The notes under the pieces were generated by a model. It was not told the origin of the DNA, searched no databases, and saw only the letters and a list, made by a program, of their open reading frames with translations. DNA of 64,000 nt from the human T2T-CHM13v2.0 reference genome, Homo sapiens: NCBI RefSeq assembly GCF_009914755.1, contig NC_060928.1; one strand, 5' to 3'. The position numbers were made by a program, and so were the translations under genes. This document shows positions 32,901 through 46,908 of the stretch, piece after piece. Position 1 is the first letter of the stretch. Each line of letters opens with the position of its first letter.

Positions 32901-34279
32901 GCTAAATAGATTATGCCAGACAATGTCTGACGTAATCATAAAGTTCTGGCTTCAAGAAGAATGATGGTTATACATCTGAAACATCAGCTATGCATAATGG
33001 TGCATTAGTGTAGACAGAGCAGTGACAGAGAATAAATCAAAGGCACACTTTCAGATGGGAATAAAATTTTGTGGAATAAATTCAGGTCAGATAGCTTTTA
33101 GCAGTTTCTGTTTTCAGAACTTACTACCTAAAAAATCAGTCAAATTGTCTAGAATTGCTTGGCAGATGCACTGAGAATAATTTCCCTATCTTTCAACTAG
33201 CCTGATGATTTGACATTAATGCAGAAGCAAATTTAGGTATATCAAAATAGTTCTATCTGAAATTTTATCTTTTATGTATACATCCCTGATGAATTTTAGA
33301 ATCTTTGGAAATATAATTTTTGCTGTAGTAAAATATGGTTAATGATCATCATTACAAATCTAGAATTAACTTGTTTCCATATGTTTTTTAGCCAATGATC
33401 ATAAATATTAACTGAACTTATGAAGTGTTAAAAAAAGATGCTTTTTGTGTGATGTTTTATTCTGTGAGAAGGGCTCTGAATTATCTTAACTCCTAGCCTC
33501 TCTCTATCTTTTTACTCAATCTGCTAACAGGAGATGGAGTACTTTGTATGACTGGTAAATGTGGAAGTAGTTAAGTAGGCATGTTTTGCTCATCTATGCC
33601 TTTCCTTCTCTTTATAGTAAGCAAATCTGAAGAGATACGTCATTCTCTGCTGTTCCTTAAGGAGAGCAGGTCTACTGGTTCAATAACTATTAATTTTGAT
33701 ATTTGCTATTAAGAATCCCATTATTGGTTCTCATATGTAATATATAATATATGCCTTCAAATCTATTATTTATAAATTATAATCGAAAATTTTTGTTTTC
33801 CATCTACCACTTTTTATTTCTCAAAACTCAGTTGAAAAATTTAGAGGAGTGCTATTTGTTGAGTTTTCCGTAACTGCAACATGCCCTATAGATGAAAAAA
33901 AAAATAGGTTTCATATTTTCCCATCTCTATTTTAAGCACCTCCTTCCTCTGGGTTTCTATATTATGGCCTATCTGCTATCATGTAAATCCAAAGCTTGAA
34001 TAAATTTTATGCATTAAGAAAATAATAAGCATATATTTCCTAAAGTGCATTTATCATGAACAAGCATCTGTTAACCCCTAAAATATGTGTGCCAAACATT
34101 CTAAATGGTCTTGCATAAATAACAATGTTTGGGATGAGAAATAAACACAAAGATGAATGAATAGAGGAATCAATATAGGAGAAAACATGGAGGTGATATT
34201 AATTCAGTCAACAAATATATATAAATAAATAAACATGATGAGGGGTAAGTTTATATAAATAAACCAACATGACAAGGAG

Positions 34280-34495
34280 TAAGAAATATATATTTGAATT
34301 GAATGTAACTGGAACTAAATCCTGTCTGTGCTACATATCATATCCCACCTTTGAAAACCAATTTTCTTGAGTCTAAGTTATACCAATAGTAAAATTGTGC
34401 AAATAACTTCTAAGTCATATGCAAGTTAAGAGGTTTTCCTTAATAATGTATGTAAAATAATAACATATCAAGAACTCAGTATGCATTATTTTCTC
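34280..34495 (+). mobile_element. MIR fragment
   Basis: Diverged MIR core ('aaatcctgtctgtgctac', 'aataatgtatgtaaa', 'aactcagta'). Confidence 0.45.
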
Positions 34496-35974
34496 TACTT
34501 CTCTCCAAAGTTTCTTAAAGTCTTTTGGAAAAGACTGACATACAAAGAGATGATGCATCTAGAGAGATATAGAATATGAATTGGAGAAAGAAAAAAGCTA
34601 TTTACTATTGAGTAAAAAGTAAAATATGATTGGAAGTATAAGGTGATTATATGCAGTTGCCAAGAAAGTCTTTGTTGGATCTGAATTAACTGGTAAAAAA
34701 CTTGCTGAAGGATAACAATATTTTATCTGAATTTTATACTCTGTGTGTATGTGTATGTGTGTGTATGTTTGTGCATGTAGAAAAATGTAGACTAGCGAAC
34801 AGAGCATATTGTTTTACAGTATGGGATCACAGAATAATGTTGGCAAAAAATTGGATATACTAAACAAGACTGAAGCTATGTGAGTTACATATCTGTGGGA
34901 GTAACTGAAGTGATAGTTAGCAATAGGCCACAAGTTTAAGTAATACGGAAACTTTCTACTCACATTTAAAACTTAAACTTCCTCCAGCAAACATTTAGAT
35001 GATTGTTTATTTATATCATGAACAAATCTAATGTAATATGGTTGAATTAACAAAACAAAACAGCAAAACACTAGTAATAAAAATAACTACGCATTTTAAC
35101 AAATGTAACTAATATGGCTTAGCTAAGTAAGTCTGCTAAACAGCATTAATAAATCTGAAGATATCTTCAGTTTTGGTATAAATTTACATGACTACATACA
35201 GAGACAGTAATTATATCATTCAAGTTTTCTCATTCAAATAATACATTTTAGAATCTTATTTAAATATATGAGTAACTGAATACACAAAAACACATACACA
35301 CATTTGCATGTATATATATGACTAATTCATTATTAAAAATGATTGTCCTTAATAAATGTCAATTTAAAATATGGTAAGAAATAGGAGCATTAATAGCTTC
35401 AAATATGGCAAATTTAGAGAGTCTACTCTTGAAACTAAATCTGCCTATTTAAATGTAGCATATGCAAGAGCAAAGAAAAATGACACAAAAACAAAGAGAT
35501 TCCAGAAATGCAAAATAATTTATTAACTGGGACCACCAATTGGTATATTTAGGCTGTCTTTCACAGGATTAATTTTACTGTCCCAACATGGTCCTGGAAA
35601 ATCTTTGACATGCCAGCTTTCAGGAGCCTGGGGAGTTGAGTTTTGATGCTCATCAATCAAAATTAGGGATTTAGTCACATTTGCTTTACTTAGGTGAGAG
35701 CAATGGGGAAAAAAATAAGCTACCCTGGTTCAATCATAAGGTGGTCAAAGACATGAATACGAAGAGAGGACCAGACCATAATCATAGCTTATGGCATGGT
35801 TTGTGTCAATGTTTATTTTATGGTAGAAGTCCTTGGATTATAGAGGGGGCTCTATAGTCACAGTCACAGAAGGAACTTTTCTCACAATAACCTAGGGTTT
35901 GCACAATTTTTTGATGTTGTGCTTTTATTCCACATGGTAATTTGTGCCCTGTGTATTCTCACAGGCATACTGGA

Positions 35975-36070
35975 TGCACTAGTTAGGGTTCTCCAGAGAA
36001 ACAGAACCATAGGAGATATAACAGAAGAAACGATATGTCTTCTATAGTATAAATATACATTTGTGTGTCG

Positions 36071-36106
<36 letters not shown>

Positions 36107-36572
36107 TAAAGAGATAATATGTATCATAAATATTTCCTCTGTAAGAAATTGGCCCATACATTATGGAAGCTGAGAAGTGCCATAATCTGTCAGCAAGCTG
36201 GAACCCAGGATAGCCAAAAGTGTATTCCTATTGGTCTCACTGTATTGTACTTTCATTCCAATGGTGTCAATCTGAAGGCCTAAGAACCAAGAAGACCAAT
36301 AGTTTTAAGTTCCAGTTCAAGGGCAAGAGAAGACCTATTTCCCAGCTCTATCAGTCAGGCAGAGAGTAAAATCTCCTTTCCTTTACCTTTTGGTTCTATT
36401 CAGGCCCTCAACAGATAGGAGGATGCCTACTCACATTGGAGAAAGCCACTTCTTTACTTAGCCTATCAATTTAGATGCTAATAAAATCCAGAAACACTCA
36501 GAAAGAATGTTTAACCAAGTATCTGGGCACCCTGAGACACAGTCAAATTAACACATAAAATTAGCCATCACA
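35975..36572 (-). mobile_element. MLT2 (ERVL) solo LTR containing a (GA)n tract at ~36070-36110
   Basis: 'agttagggttctccagagaaacagaacc' ... 'acacataaaattagccatcaca'. Confidence 0.85.
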
Positions 36573-36599
36573 CTTGGCTATTTTATTTAATAATAATGA

Positions 36600-38445
36600 G
36601 GGAGATGTCTGCTTCTGATCAAGATGGTTTAACAGACACTGAACTTATGTTTTCTACCTGAACATCAGAAAAATGAACATATAAAACAATATTCTTCAAG
36701 ATGCTGGACATCAGACAATAAGGAACAATGATTCCTGAGAAATGAAAAACAAATAAGGCAATCTCCACAAATTAACCCAGTTTGTTCTCTTGAGAGAATT
36801 TTGAATCTGTCCCACAGGGAAGGCAAATGAGGTATGGTTTGGCTCTGTGTCCCCACCCAAATCTCATTCTTGAATTGTAATCCCCATGTGTCGAGGAAGG
36901 GACCTGGTGGGAGGTGATTGGATAATAAGTGTAGTTTCCCCCATACTGTTCAAATGATAGTGAAGGAATTCTCACAGGATCTGATAGTTTTAAAAGTGGC
37001 AGTTTCCCATGCACTCTATCTCTCCTGATGCCTTGTGAAGAAGGTGCTTGCTTCTCCTTCTGCCATGACTGTAAATTTCCTGAGACCTCCCCAGCCATGT
37101 GGAACTGTGAGTGAATTAAACTTCTTTTATTTATAAATTACACAATCTTGGATAGTATCTTTATAGCAGTGTGAAAATTGACCAGTACACCAGGGTAAAG
37201 CCTGCCAAACTTCCTGAGTTGAGGTGGAGCTGAGAGTCTACAGAGAACAAGGAAACTAGAGATTTCAGGACAAATAATTATACAGTAGATATTTTCAAGA
37301 GAGAGAACTACAAAGTTCTGTAGAAGTTGCCTTAGAGTATTCAGCTGTCCATGCTCACAAACAAACCAACTTCAGTCAAAAGAAATAATACCAGAAAAAG
37401 TTTACAGTGCCTGGCATACATATACAGAACTGGTCATAGTTCCTGTGTTCTCACTAACCAAATTGAAAAATCCTCAAGACTCAAAGAGTAACGTGCATAG
37501 GCCTTCTTGCCTCAGTAGTGAGGAAATAACTAGTCCAAATCTGATCACTACTTTGGACCGCTCAACAAATCTTTGAAGACAGAAAAGGATCAAACTTAAT
37601 TTCAATGTGCCCCCAGAAAATAGCTCTAGGATATTTTTGTAAATGCAAAATATCCAGCACGCAACAAGGTAAAATTCTTAATTCCTACCATTGAATGAAA
37701 TACTACAAACCTCTCAAAAACAAGTAGAAAAAACACGCCCAAATAAGAAGAAATAGCAATTGATAGATTCCAAGAACAGATGAATATGCTAGAATTTGCA
37801 GACAAAGACACTAAGGGAGTTATTAGAACTAAATTATATATGTTCAAAGAGTTAAAGGAAGATGAAATATGTAATAAAGACCTAAATAAACTTTTAGGGA
37901 GAAAGTTATAATGTGTGTGTTAATAAATACACTGAATGAGATTAACAGATTGGACATTACAGAAGAAATGGTTAGTGAATTTGAAGAGCTAGCAATAAAA
38001 CCTATTTAAAATAAAACACAGCCAGAAAGGAGAAATAAATAAATACATAACAGATCATCAGTGAAGTATAGTAGAACTTCAAATAGCTTAATATAGAAGT
38101 AAATGGAGTCTCTGAAAGAGAGGAAAGGGAAATAAAATAAAGAAATGTTGGCCACAAATTTTCATATTTTATTATATGTTTAAAATAAAAAATGCTAAAC
38201 AAAATTCAAGCACACAAAACATGGAAACACACACAACACTATGTCATAATGAAATTGTTTAAATCCAGTGATTAAAAAAATCTTATAAGTGATCAGAAAA
38301 GGCATGTTGTGTAGTAAAGAAGAAAATAGATTTCCCATTGGAAACAAAAAAGTAAGAAGACAATGGAATAACATATTTGAAGTATAAGTATTAAAACAAA
38401 ACAATGTCAACGTATAATTGTATACCCAGGGTAGACATAGTTACA
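36600..38445 (+). mobile_element. Old L1M 5' region and ORF1 remnant, interrupted by THE1
   Basis: 'cttctgatcaagatgg' start; ORF1-like 'agattggacattacagaagaaatggttagtgaatttgaag', 'agaagacaatggaataacatattt'. Confidence 0.7.
36830..37189 (+). mobile_element. THE1D/MSTA-type MaLR solo LTR
   Basis: 'tatggtttggctctgtgtccccacccaaatctcat' ... 'ctttatagcagtgtgaaaattgaccagtaca'. Confidence 0.9.
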
Positions 38446-39450
38446 AAGGATGTTGTTAGTATTTTAACCTTCAGTTAATCTGAAGCTTAACATTTTTTGG
38501 TTTAGTATCCTGGTGTTTGGTATTTCCTTTGTCCTATGCCCCAGACATGGGCTATCTCTTGCAGTTCTCCCAGCCCCAGCTGTATTCTATTCTGAATTTT
38601 TAGTCAAGGCTTGCAGGAATGGGGTTGAGTTCTCTAATATTACAACAAAGCTTCAGTCTTAGGCCAGCTTCGTACATGGATGTCTCAGTTGTATGGTCTT
38701 CACACATGTCCCTCTCCCTTCTCTAGGTATATATAATGCTGGACCTAGCACATATTCCTGGATCTTCCTCAGTGGAAGAACTCCTCTTGCCCCTCCCTGT
38801 ATCCCCCTTCCTGTTTTATTCCTCACTTGTACTGAACTTTACCAGTGGCTTCAGCCTAGAGTTTCGATTCCCTTCCCCATGTAGCTTAAGACTTTTGTAA
38901 CATCAGAGAGATAAAGAAAATGAGTCTGGGTGAATTTTTACAGTGACCACTGTTCCTCTCCCACTGCCAGCTCCACAGGTGAGACTTCTCATAATCCATT
39001 TTGATCTTCTCTGTGGACTCCTTTTGGATTTCCAGAAGGAAAAGCCTAAAAGAGAATGTGAACCTCTCCCTGTATCTCTAGCCGTTATGGGCTTCTCACT
39101 CTCACACCAGGTCACAGTCAGACTTCAGCAACTCATTAGTCTAGTTTATTCTTACTAGTTTACATCCGGGTCTGCAGCTTCCATTCTGTGCAGGCACTTG
39201 CCATCTTGTTTCTCCCTATTGGCCTGCTGTCACTCTTGATTTTGGGTTAGTCATGGTGCCAATCAAATGAACACATTTAAGTCATTCAGGAAAAGACAAG
39301 TCCCAAATGAATTTCTTGGTACTAATCAATGAGTTATTTCTCTTGTGGATTTTAATTACAATACAAAGTTTCCTACAATTTGTGTAAAAGTCAAATAAAT
39401 TATTAATATTAATATCCTTCTAAATCTTGCTAAATTAAAGCAGAAAAAAC

Positions 39451-39844
39451 TTTTTTTTTTTTTTAATGAGACAGAGTCTCGCTCTGTCGCCCAGGCTGGA
39501 GTGCAGTGGCGCGATCTCGGTTCACACTGCAAGCTCCGCCTCCCAGGTTCACGCCATTCTCCTGCCTCAGCCTCCCGAGTAGCTGGGACTACAGGCGCCC
39601 GCCACTACGCCCGGCTAATTTTTTGTATTTTTAGTAGAGACGGGGTTTCACCGTTTTAGCCGGGATGGTCTCGATCTCCTGACCTCGTGATCCGCCCGCC
39701 TCGGCCTCCCAAAGTGCTGGGATTACAGGCGTGAGCCACCGCGCCCGGCCTGTATTTTTTTAATACAGACAGAGTTTCACCGTGTTAGCCAGGATGGTCT
39801 GGATCTCCTGACCTCGTGATCCACCCACCTCGGCCTCCCAAAGT
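39451..39844 (-). mobile_element. Composite trimeric Alu: dimer with AluYa5-lineage diagnostics (39451-39750) plus an older extra left arm (39751-39844)
   Basis: CpG-rich dimer carrying 'ccgttttagccgggatgg' and 'gccactacgccc', followed directly by a second left-arm copy with the ordinary 'cgtgttagccaggatgg'. Confidence 0.95.
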
Positions 39845-41589
39845 TCAGAATAAAAATTTTCTTAAGCTCAACACCGTTACTGGTATTTTACACAATTTAT
39901 TTCATTTATTTATAAAAAAAAATCCTATGAATTAGATGTTCCGATGTTTTACATTCCAAAAAGAAAAAAAAAGACTGAATCTAAAAGACTTCTAAGAAGC
40001 TTCCCCCAAATTGGTTACTGAGCGAGGAGCAAGAATAAAATTCAAACTTATTTCCTAATTCAATGTCCATGCTTTATCAAAACAAAACGGAGCTTGTGGA
40101 AACTATTCAACGAATATCTGATGTTTAATTAAAACACTATATCTGACTACTACTCTCTAACTTTTTAAATTTTGTACTCATTATTAGAAACAGCTGCATT
40201 CAGGATAAGTGCTAATGATTTCAGTTTCAAGCCTAAAAAATTATTTATATGTGGTATGAATACACAAATATAATAGGGTTATAGAAATTTACTTAGGAAC
40301 AATGCATAGGTACAATGTCACTTATTGAGCTGTGCAAATACTCTATTTAGTAATACAAGTGTGAAAGAATTATGCATTTATTAAAAATGTATTTTACAAC
40401 AAAAATAATGAAATTGTTGCAAAATGGCATTTTAATTTCAAATGCATGTTTGTAAAGTCCTCTTGAATTAAAAATTACTGAGAATTGGACACATTCTCAA
40501 ACTAAAGGAATTATACAATTGTCGTTCTGTAAATTGGAAAAGTGGGATGATATAATATTTTCTTGCTGACTTTATAAGCTGAAATTGAGCTAGGAATTAA
40601 ATGCACCCTGACAAACAGGTAAGTAATCTATTTTCTGAAGTTAATATTCTTACCTTGAAATTAAATTAGTGACTGAAATAGCCATTTTTTCAAATGTCAA
40701 TAAATGGTGAATTAAATATACCTATATTTACAGCTTTTAAGATTGTTTTATTTTTATGATTGAAACAAATGTAATTCATTTCATACAACACTAGTTAAAA
40801 TATTTAAATATTTTTATTGTAATTTACTTTATAACTTTTACGATGCACTTCATGAACACTACTTAATTTCAGAGATAAAAAATGCATAATAGATAATTAT
40901 CTTTATGAAAATCTATGATCTCATACCATATATACCAATTTTTTTTCTGCTTTAAACCTAATACTTTATTTTTGAAAGTAAGTTACCTAATTATCACTTA
41001 TGATTTTAAAAATGAAATTACCTACTGTTAAAACATTTTCACTTTTTGCATAGATTGAATTGGCTTTTCATGAAATGATGATGTTAGTCAATTCAATCAG
41101 AAATAAATTTGAACATTAATTATGGTGTATCATATAGATTGTTAGGATACATTATTAATTGCTTACTTATAAATAGTAGAATCGAGAGTCCTGAGTTGAA
41201 AGTTAGTAATTTCTCTTTACCAGATAAGTTTCACTCATACTAACTGACATGAAACTCATATTTCACTCTCTGTTCGGGAACTAAAAATGAGAATACAGAT
41301 TAATACTCATTTTCCTATATTTAATCCCATGCAGTGTTTGCAATATAAATACTATCCAATGCACCAAACAAGTTTTTTTTTCCTATGCAAAGCTATTTGA
41401 TCTCATTTCTTCAGTAGAATTTCTAATTAAGGAATAAGAATGGTTACAGAGGTAGACGTTAAATACAAAGCATTGGATTTCCTCTAATTCACACTTTATT
41501 TATACGTAGTGTTGGTTTATAAAAGAGTGTTCTAGTTTTTTATAATTTAATTGGTAGTTTTCACCTTAGCACTTTCTAAATACATTTAG

Positions 41590-41760
41590 TAATGAATAAC
41601 CCACTTGACAACTTGGAGTCTGAATGCTTCACTACAGAAGATGGCCATTATACTGTTCACTTCAAGAGTCATTGTGAGGCTCAAGATACTGGGTGAAAAT
41701 ACCTCCTACTTTACCATGTTCTTTGTAAGTATAAGGCATGATTATTATTTATCTTTGTTA
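41590..41760 (+). mobile_element. MIR fragment
   Basis: 'cattgtgaggctcaagatactgggtgaaaatacct'; weak core. Confidence 0.4.
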
Positions 41761-42324
41761 TTCTCCTTCTATTGAAGACTTTGCTCAAGATACTTATTTG
41801 AAGACTTTAAAATTCTTATTAATTTTATTCCTTCATGCACTAAGGTTATATGTAAATCCCAATCTATGCCTCTTTAAATACAGGGATAATTTCATTTTCA
41901 AAAATAAAATTACAATTCCTTCTCTCTTCAGAACAGCTTTTACATGATTAGAACCACTTATAATATATAAAGCACATGCTGTCTCTTAAAAGTTCAAAGT
42001 GAATGTGCAAGTAAGCATCAGGCTTTTTTATTAACATAGGAATTGGCAAAAAAACATAATTGAGAGACTCCAAATCAAGAATCAGCGAAACTTATTTCTA
42101 TATCTGTTTCTTCCATTATTGCATTGCATTATGTAGTTAAGTTTGTAATTTGGAGCTGGTTTCTTTACTGGTCCTGTAAATACTAGGGTATATCTTATAG
42201 TTCTTGAGAGGATATAATTATGAAATTATGTACGCATGTTAAAATAATATACAAAATACTGATACCAGATTATAAGGTAAAAATACTGTGTTATATGTTT
42301 CTATGGGAGACAATGGTAAATATG

Positions 42325-43670
42325 TGTTTCAGATTTGTATCTTGGTTTGAGATGAGGTTTGAGCACAACAATGTATTGGGTAGGTAATCCCTGAAGACAA
42401 TAGGGAATGGGAGAGTAAAAGGAGAGGGAAGGCAGCTAATTAAAGGCACATATTCAAGTACGTTATCACCGTGGGAAACCTGACATTGATCATGCTGGGG
42501 AACTCTGAAAGCCAGAGTAGTATAAATGCCTCACTGAAATGCCACAGAGGGCAAAAGATCTGAGATATTTTTGCACTTTCCATTGTTGGCTGAGGATCCC
42601 TCCTGAGGGAACCTGAGACGGTTGACACTTTTGGCCTGCTGCACCCATGGGCAGAGCTTGTCTGAGAGCAGAAGCCCTTAGACAGAGATGCAGGTTCTGC
42701 ATTTGGAGTTCTGGGCTACTTGCACAGATATAGGATGAGAAAGCGGATGAAGGTGAACACAATGTATTTTCTGTTGACGTGGCCCCAGATCAAATCTACT
42801 CATGCACCATACTAAATCCATTCCAACCTGTAACTCCTCCTTAAAGGTGGTGTGCAGTGACAATGTATGAAGAAAGGACTTAAAACAAGTATTAGTGTGC
42901 CAAGCTAAATCCATACTGCAGTGTATAATCCTGAGACAATAACTAATATTCATCATATTCCTCTTCTGCCAATTATCTTGATGCTCTTCATGCCTGACCA
43001 GAATATTTGCTGATTTGTGTTGCTTGCAATGTGAAGCAACTTAAATCTATATTCCTAAAGAGGTTGGAATCTCCTGCTACCACGCTATTGCTAGGTCTGA
43101 TTGGCGCAATTGTCGAATCACAATTATGGATATAGAAACAATACATGGCTTCAAAGTGACTCTCTCAACTTCCAGGTATACTTTACTGCCTTCAACAGAT
43201 TGTAACAACTATTTCTTCATGATTAATCAAGATTAATAAGACCTTTCTTGGCCTGCTGGTCTGCTGAAATGAAGAACACAAATGATCAGGTGGCAGCCTT
43301 AGCTTTTGTTTTAGTGGGATGTTTATTCCGTCCATTAATAGACTTGCTCCTCCATGAAAACCTGAACCTCTAGTCCAGTAGGCACATAACTATAGAAATT
43401 ATCCAAATGGGTACTTCTTTGATTACCTGGTTCTGAGACACCTGCATTCTACCTAACAAACATAACTCAGTACCATATGATAGCCATAGGCTCAAAGAGT
43501 CTTGAAATTGTTCAGGGTTTAATCACCAAGCCAATGTCTTAGTTGTACTTTAGGAGTCCATGCCAATGTTCTATTAGTCTAGCAACTTCTAGGTGACATA
43601 GTACATGGTAAACCAGGACGAAACCAAGTTCATCCGTTTATTTATCATAAAGTAGATCCACAGTGGACCA
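42325..43670 (-). mobile_element. LTR16-family LTR (~42325-42775) with adjoining ERVL internal remnant
   Basis: 'gggaaggcagctaattaaagg...caccgtggga...ctggggaactctg', 'ttggctgagg'; the internal part ('ggtggcagccttagctt...agtggga') resembles the 7990-8250 region. Confidence 0.55.
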
Positions 43671-43895
43671 ATAGACTAGCCAGGGCGTGTTGTTCTCATG
43701 GCAAGAGAAAGACACAGAGAGAGTAGAATCACATGAGACCTCTTTTGGTCCATCACCACCACACTGTCATTACTGCCTCATGCCATAGGCCAAAGTCCAA
43801 AAGTCAAAAAGTGGAGAAATACAATATCTCAAAATTGAGGCAATGATAAGGATGTGGATTCAAGTTGGGGTGAAGAATTTGGGGATCTGCCTTCA
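43670..43895 (-). mobile_element. MLT1J/K-like fragment
   Basis: 'agactagccagggcgtgttgttctcatggca', 'cactgtcattactgcctcatgccataggccaaag'. Confidence 0.55.
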
Positions 43896-45384
43896 CTTTA
43901 TCATACTGAGTGTTTCTTTCATCAATGTCTCATATATATTTTTATAGTCCAAGAGAGAAAAGATAATATATGATTACTCTCACATGTATTGTTTTACATA
44001 TCTTTTCTCAATATTTTACCTTTGGTACATACAAAATTAAGGACTTCAACTCTATCAACAATACTTTATGAATAATTACAGTTAATCAGTATGCTGAATC
44101 CATTCATAATAGTTAAAGATATGGAATGAAAAATACAGAAATATGCAATTTGGTTTGAGATACACAATATGTTCATTTAAAAATTTAAAAACTTTTATAA
44201 GCAATACAAAATTAGCAAGACTGGCTTAAAAGTATCTACATGTTAATAAGAAGTAATATGAAATAAAATCAGAATGGAGGACCATTAACTAGAAAGTTTG
44301 GTTTTAGAAAAATAAGATTTTAAAGAAATTTGTTTTTAAAGAATATTTGAAAAAAATAAGAATTAGAGAAAAGAAAAATAATTTGAATTTTTGGTATTGA
44401 GAAATAAATTAACTTTCAAACAGCAATGAGGGGAAAAGCATACCTAAATTGAAGCCCCAGGTCCAAGATAAAGTTTAGTTAAATGTGGTTCTACAAGACT
44501 CGGAAGAATAGAAACAGAAGCATTAGAGACAAATTAACCTATAGCCATAATAATGGCCTTCATTTTGTAAGTTATTTGAAAGTGTCTTTATTTTGGAGTT
44601 TCCGTGTGCTTTTTAAAAAGTGTTTAGTAGAGCTAAATGTTCCACAAGATTTAGTGAATAATCAAGGATTCATTTGAAGTCAGCAGCAGGTAGCATCTTC
44701 ACAACTAGTAGCAAATGAACAAGGAGTATAAATACCCCATATTGAAGTGGAGATAAAGCAAATTTGGGAAAATGCATGTATAACTAAAAATAATAATAGA
44801 ACATTAATAAAATTTGTAACAACTCTGAATCAACCGAAGTAATCTTTTAGACTAAGATATTATTATAAGAAGTGACATAAAACAAAATAAAATGAGTCAT
44901 TTTACCTATTATGAGTTCATTATTGCTCACAGTAAAATGACAAAAGCTCTTTGAATAATGACAAGATATTGAAGAAGATAATACAAAGGTATGTGAAAAT
45001 TTCCTGAAAATTTATTTCAGTCACCAAATTTTTATCAACATAATATTACCCAAGTTAACAACTGACCTGGAAAAGTTAAGAATAATTTCAACAATTAATT
45101 TAACAAGAATTTTATCTGGATAATGGTTGAAGAATGGTTAAAAAATAAATATCCCCTTTACTCATTTAAGTAAAACCTAAGAAATATCTGGACTTTCTTT
45201 CAAAGAGGGATTTATTCACTCAATAAATCTACTCTCAGGATGTCCCAAAGTACAAGAATTTTCTGACACAAGGGACGATGTAGCAGAAAATTGTTGTTAC
45301 AAAAAAATAAATTAAATTAATTGCATAGTTTTTAAGTGGATAAGAAGAGTTTTTTGGCAGTAGGTAGCATTTATTTTGTTATTA

Positions 45385-46856
45385 TCACTTTTAAACTTTT
45401 ATTTCAGGTTCAGCAGTACATATGCAAGTTTGTTATATAGATAAATTGCATGTCACTGGGGTTTGGTGTACAGATTATTTTGTCACCCAGGTAATAAGCA
45501 TATTACTGCTTAGGTAGTTTTTTATTCTCTCCCTCGTCCCACACTCCAGCCTCACGTATACTCCAGTGTTTGCTGGTTCCTTCTTTATGTCCATGCGTTC
45601 TCAATGTTTAGTTCTCAAGTATAAGTGAGAACATGCAGTATTTGATTTTCTGTTTCTGTGTTAGTTTGCTTAGGATGATGACCTCCAGCTCCATCCATGT
45701 TGCTGCAAAGGACATGATCTCATTGTTTTTTTATGGCTGCACAGTATTTCATGATGTATATGTACCACATTTTGTATCCAGTCTACCGCTGATGGGCATT
45801 TAGGTTGATTCCATGTCTTTGCTATTGTGAATAACGATGTGGTGAATATACACATGAATGTGTCTTTATGGTAAAATGATTAATATTCCCAGTAATGGGA
45901 TTGCTGAGTCAAATGGTAATTCTGTTTTAAGTTCTTTAAGAAGTTGCCCCACTGCTTTCCACAAAGGTTGAACTAATTTACATTCCCATCAGCAGTGTAT
46001 AAGCCACCCCTTTTCTCTGCAACCTTGCCAGCATCTGTTATGTTTTTACTTTTTAGTAATAGCCATTCTAACTTGTGTGACATGGTATTTCATTGTGGTT
46101 TTGATTTGCATTTCTCTAATGATTAGTAATGTTGAGCATTTTTCATATGCTTGTTTATCACGTGTATCTCTTCTTTCGAAATGTGTCTGCTCATGTTCCT
46201 TGCCTACTTTTTTAATGGGGCTGTTTGTTTTATATTTGTTCATTTAAGTTCCTTATAGATTCTGGATATTAGACCTTTATGGGATGCACAGTTTGCAAAT
46301 ATTTCCTCCTATGCTGGTGGCCGTCTGTTTACTCTGTTGATAGTTTCTTTTGCTGTACAGAAGCTCTTCCATTTAATTAGGTCCCATTAATCCTTTTTGC
46401 ATCTTTGTCCAGAAATATTTGTCAGGGCCTATGTCCAGAATGCTACAATACGGCATTTCCTAGGTTATCTTTCATGGTTTTTATAGTTTTAGGTTTTATA
46501 ATTACATCTTTAATCAATCTTGAACTAGTTTTTGTATATGATGTAAGGCAGGGTTCCAGATTCAATCTTCTTCATATGGCTAGGCAGTTTTCCCAGCACC
46601 ATTTATTGAACAGGAAGTCCTTTCCTCATTGCTTGTTTTTTGTTGACTTTGTTGAAGATCAGATGGTTATCAGATGGTCGTAAGTGTGCAGCATTATTTC
46701 TGAGCTGTCTATTCTGTTCCATTGATCTATGTGTATGTTTTTGTACTAGTAGCATGCTGTTTGGTTACTGTAGACTTGTAGTAGAGTTTAAAGTCAGGTA
46801 ACATGATGCCTCCAGATTTTTTCTTGGCTATTCTGGCTCTTTTTTTGTTCCATGTG

Positions 46857-46908
<52 letters not shown>

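Noticed and set aside
38460-39260. Moderately GC-rich block, possibly an old L1 5'UTR in antisense; likewise 35480-35960
   Set aside because: I could not assign a family with enough confidence to list either as a feature.
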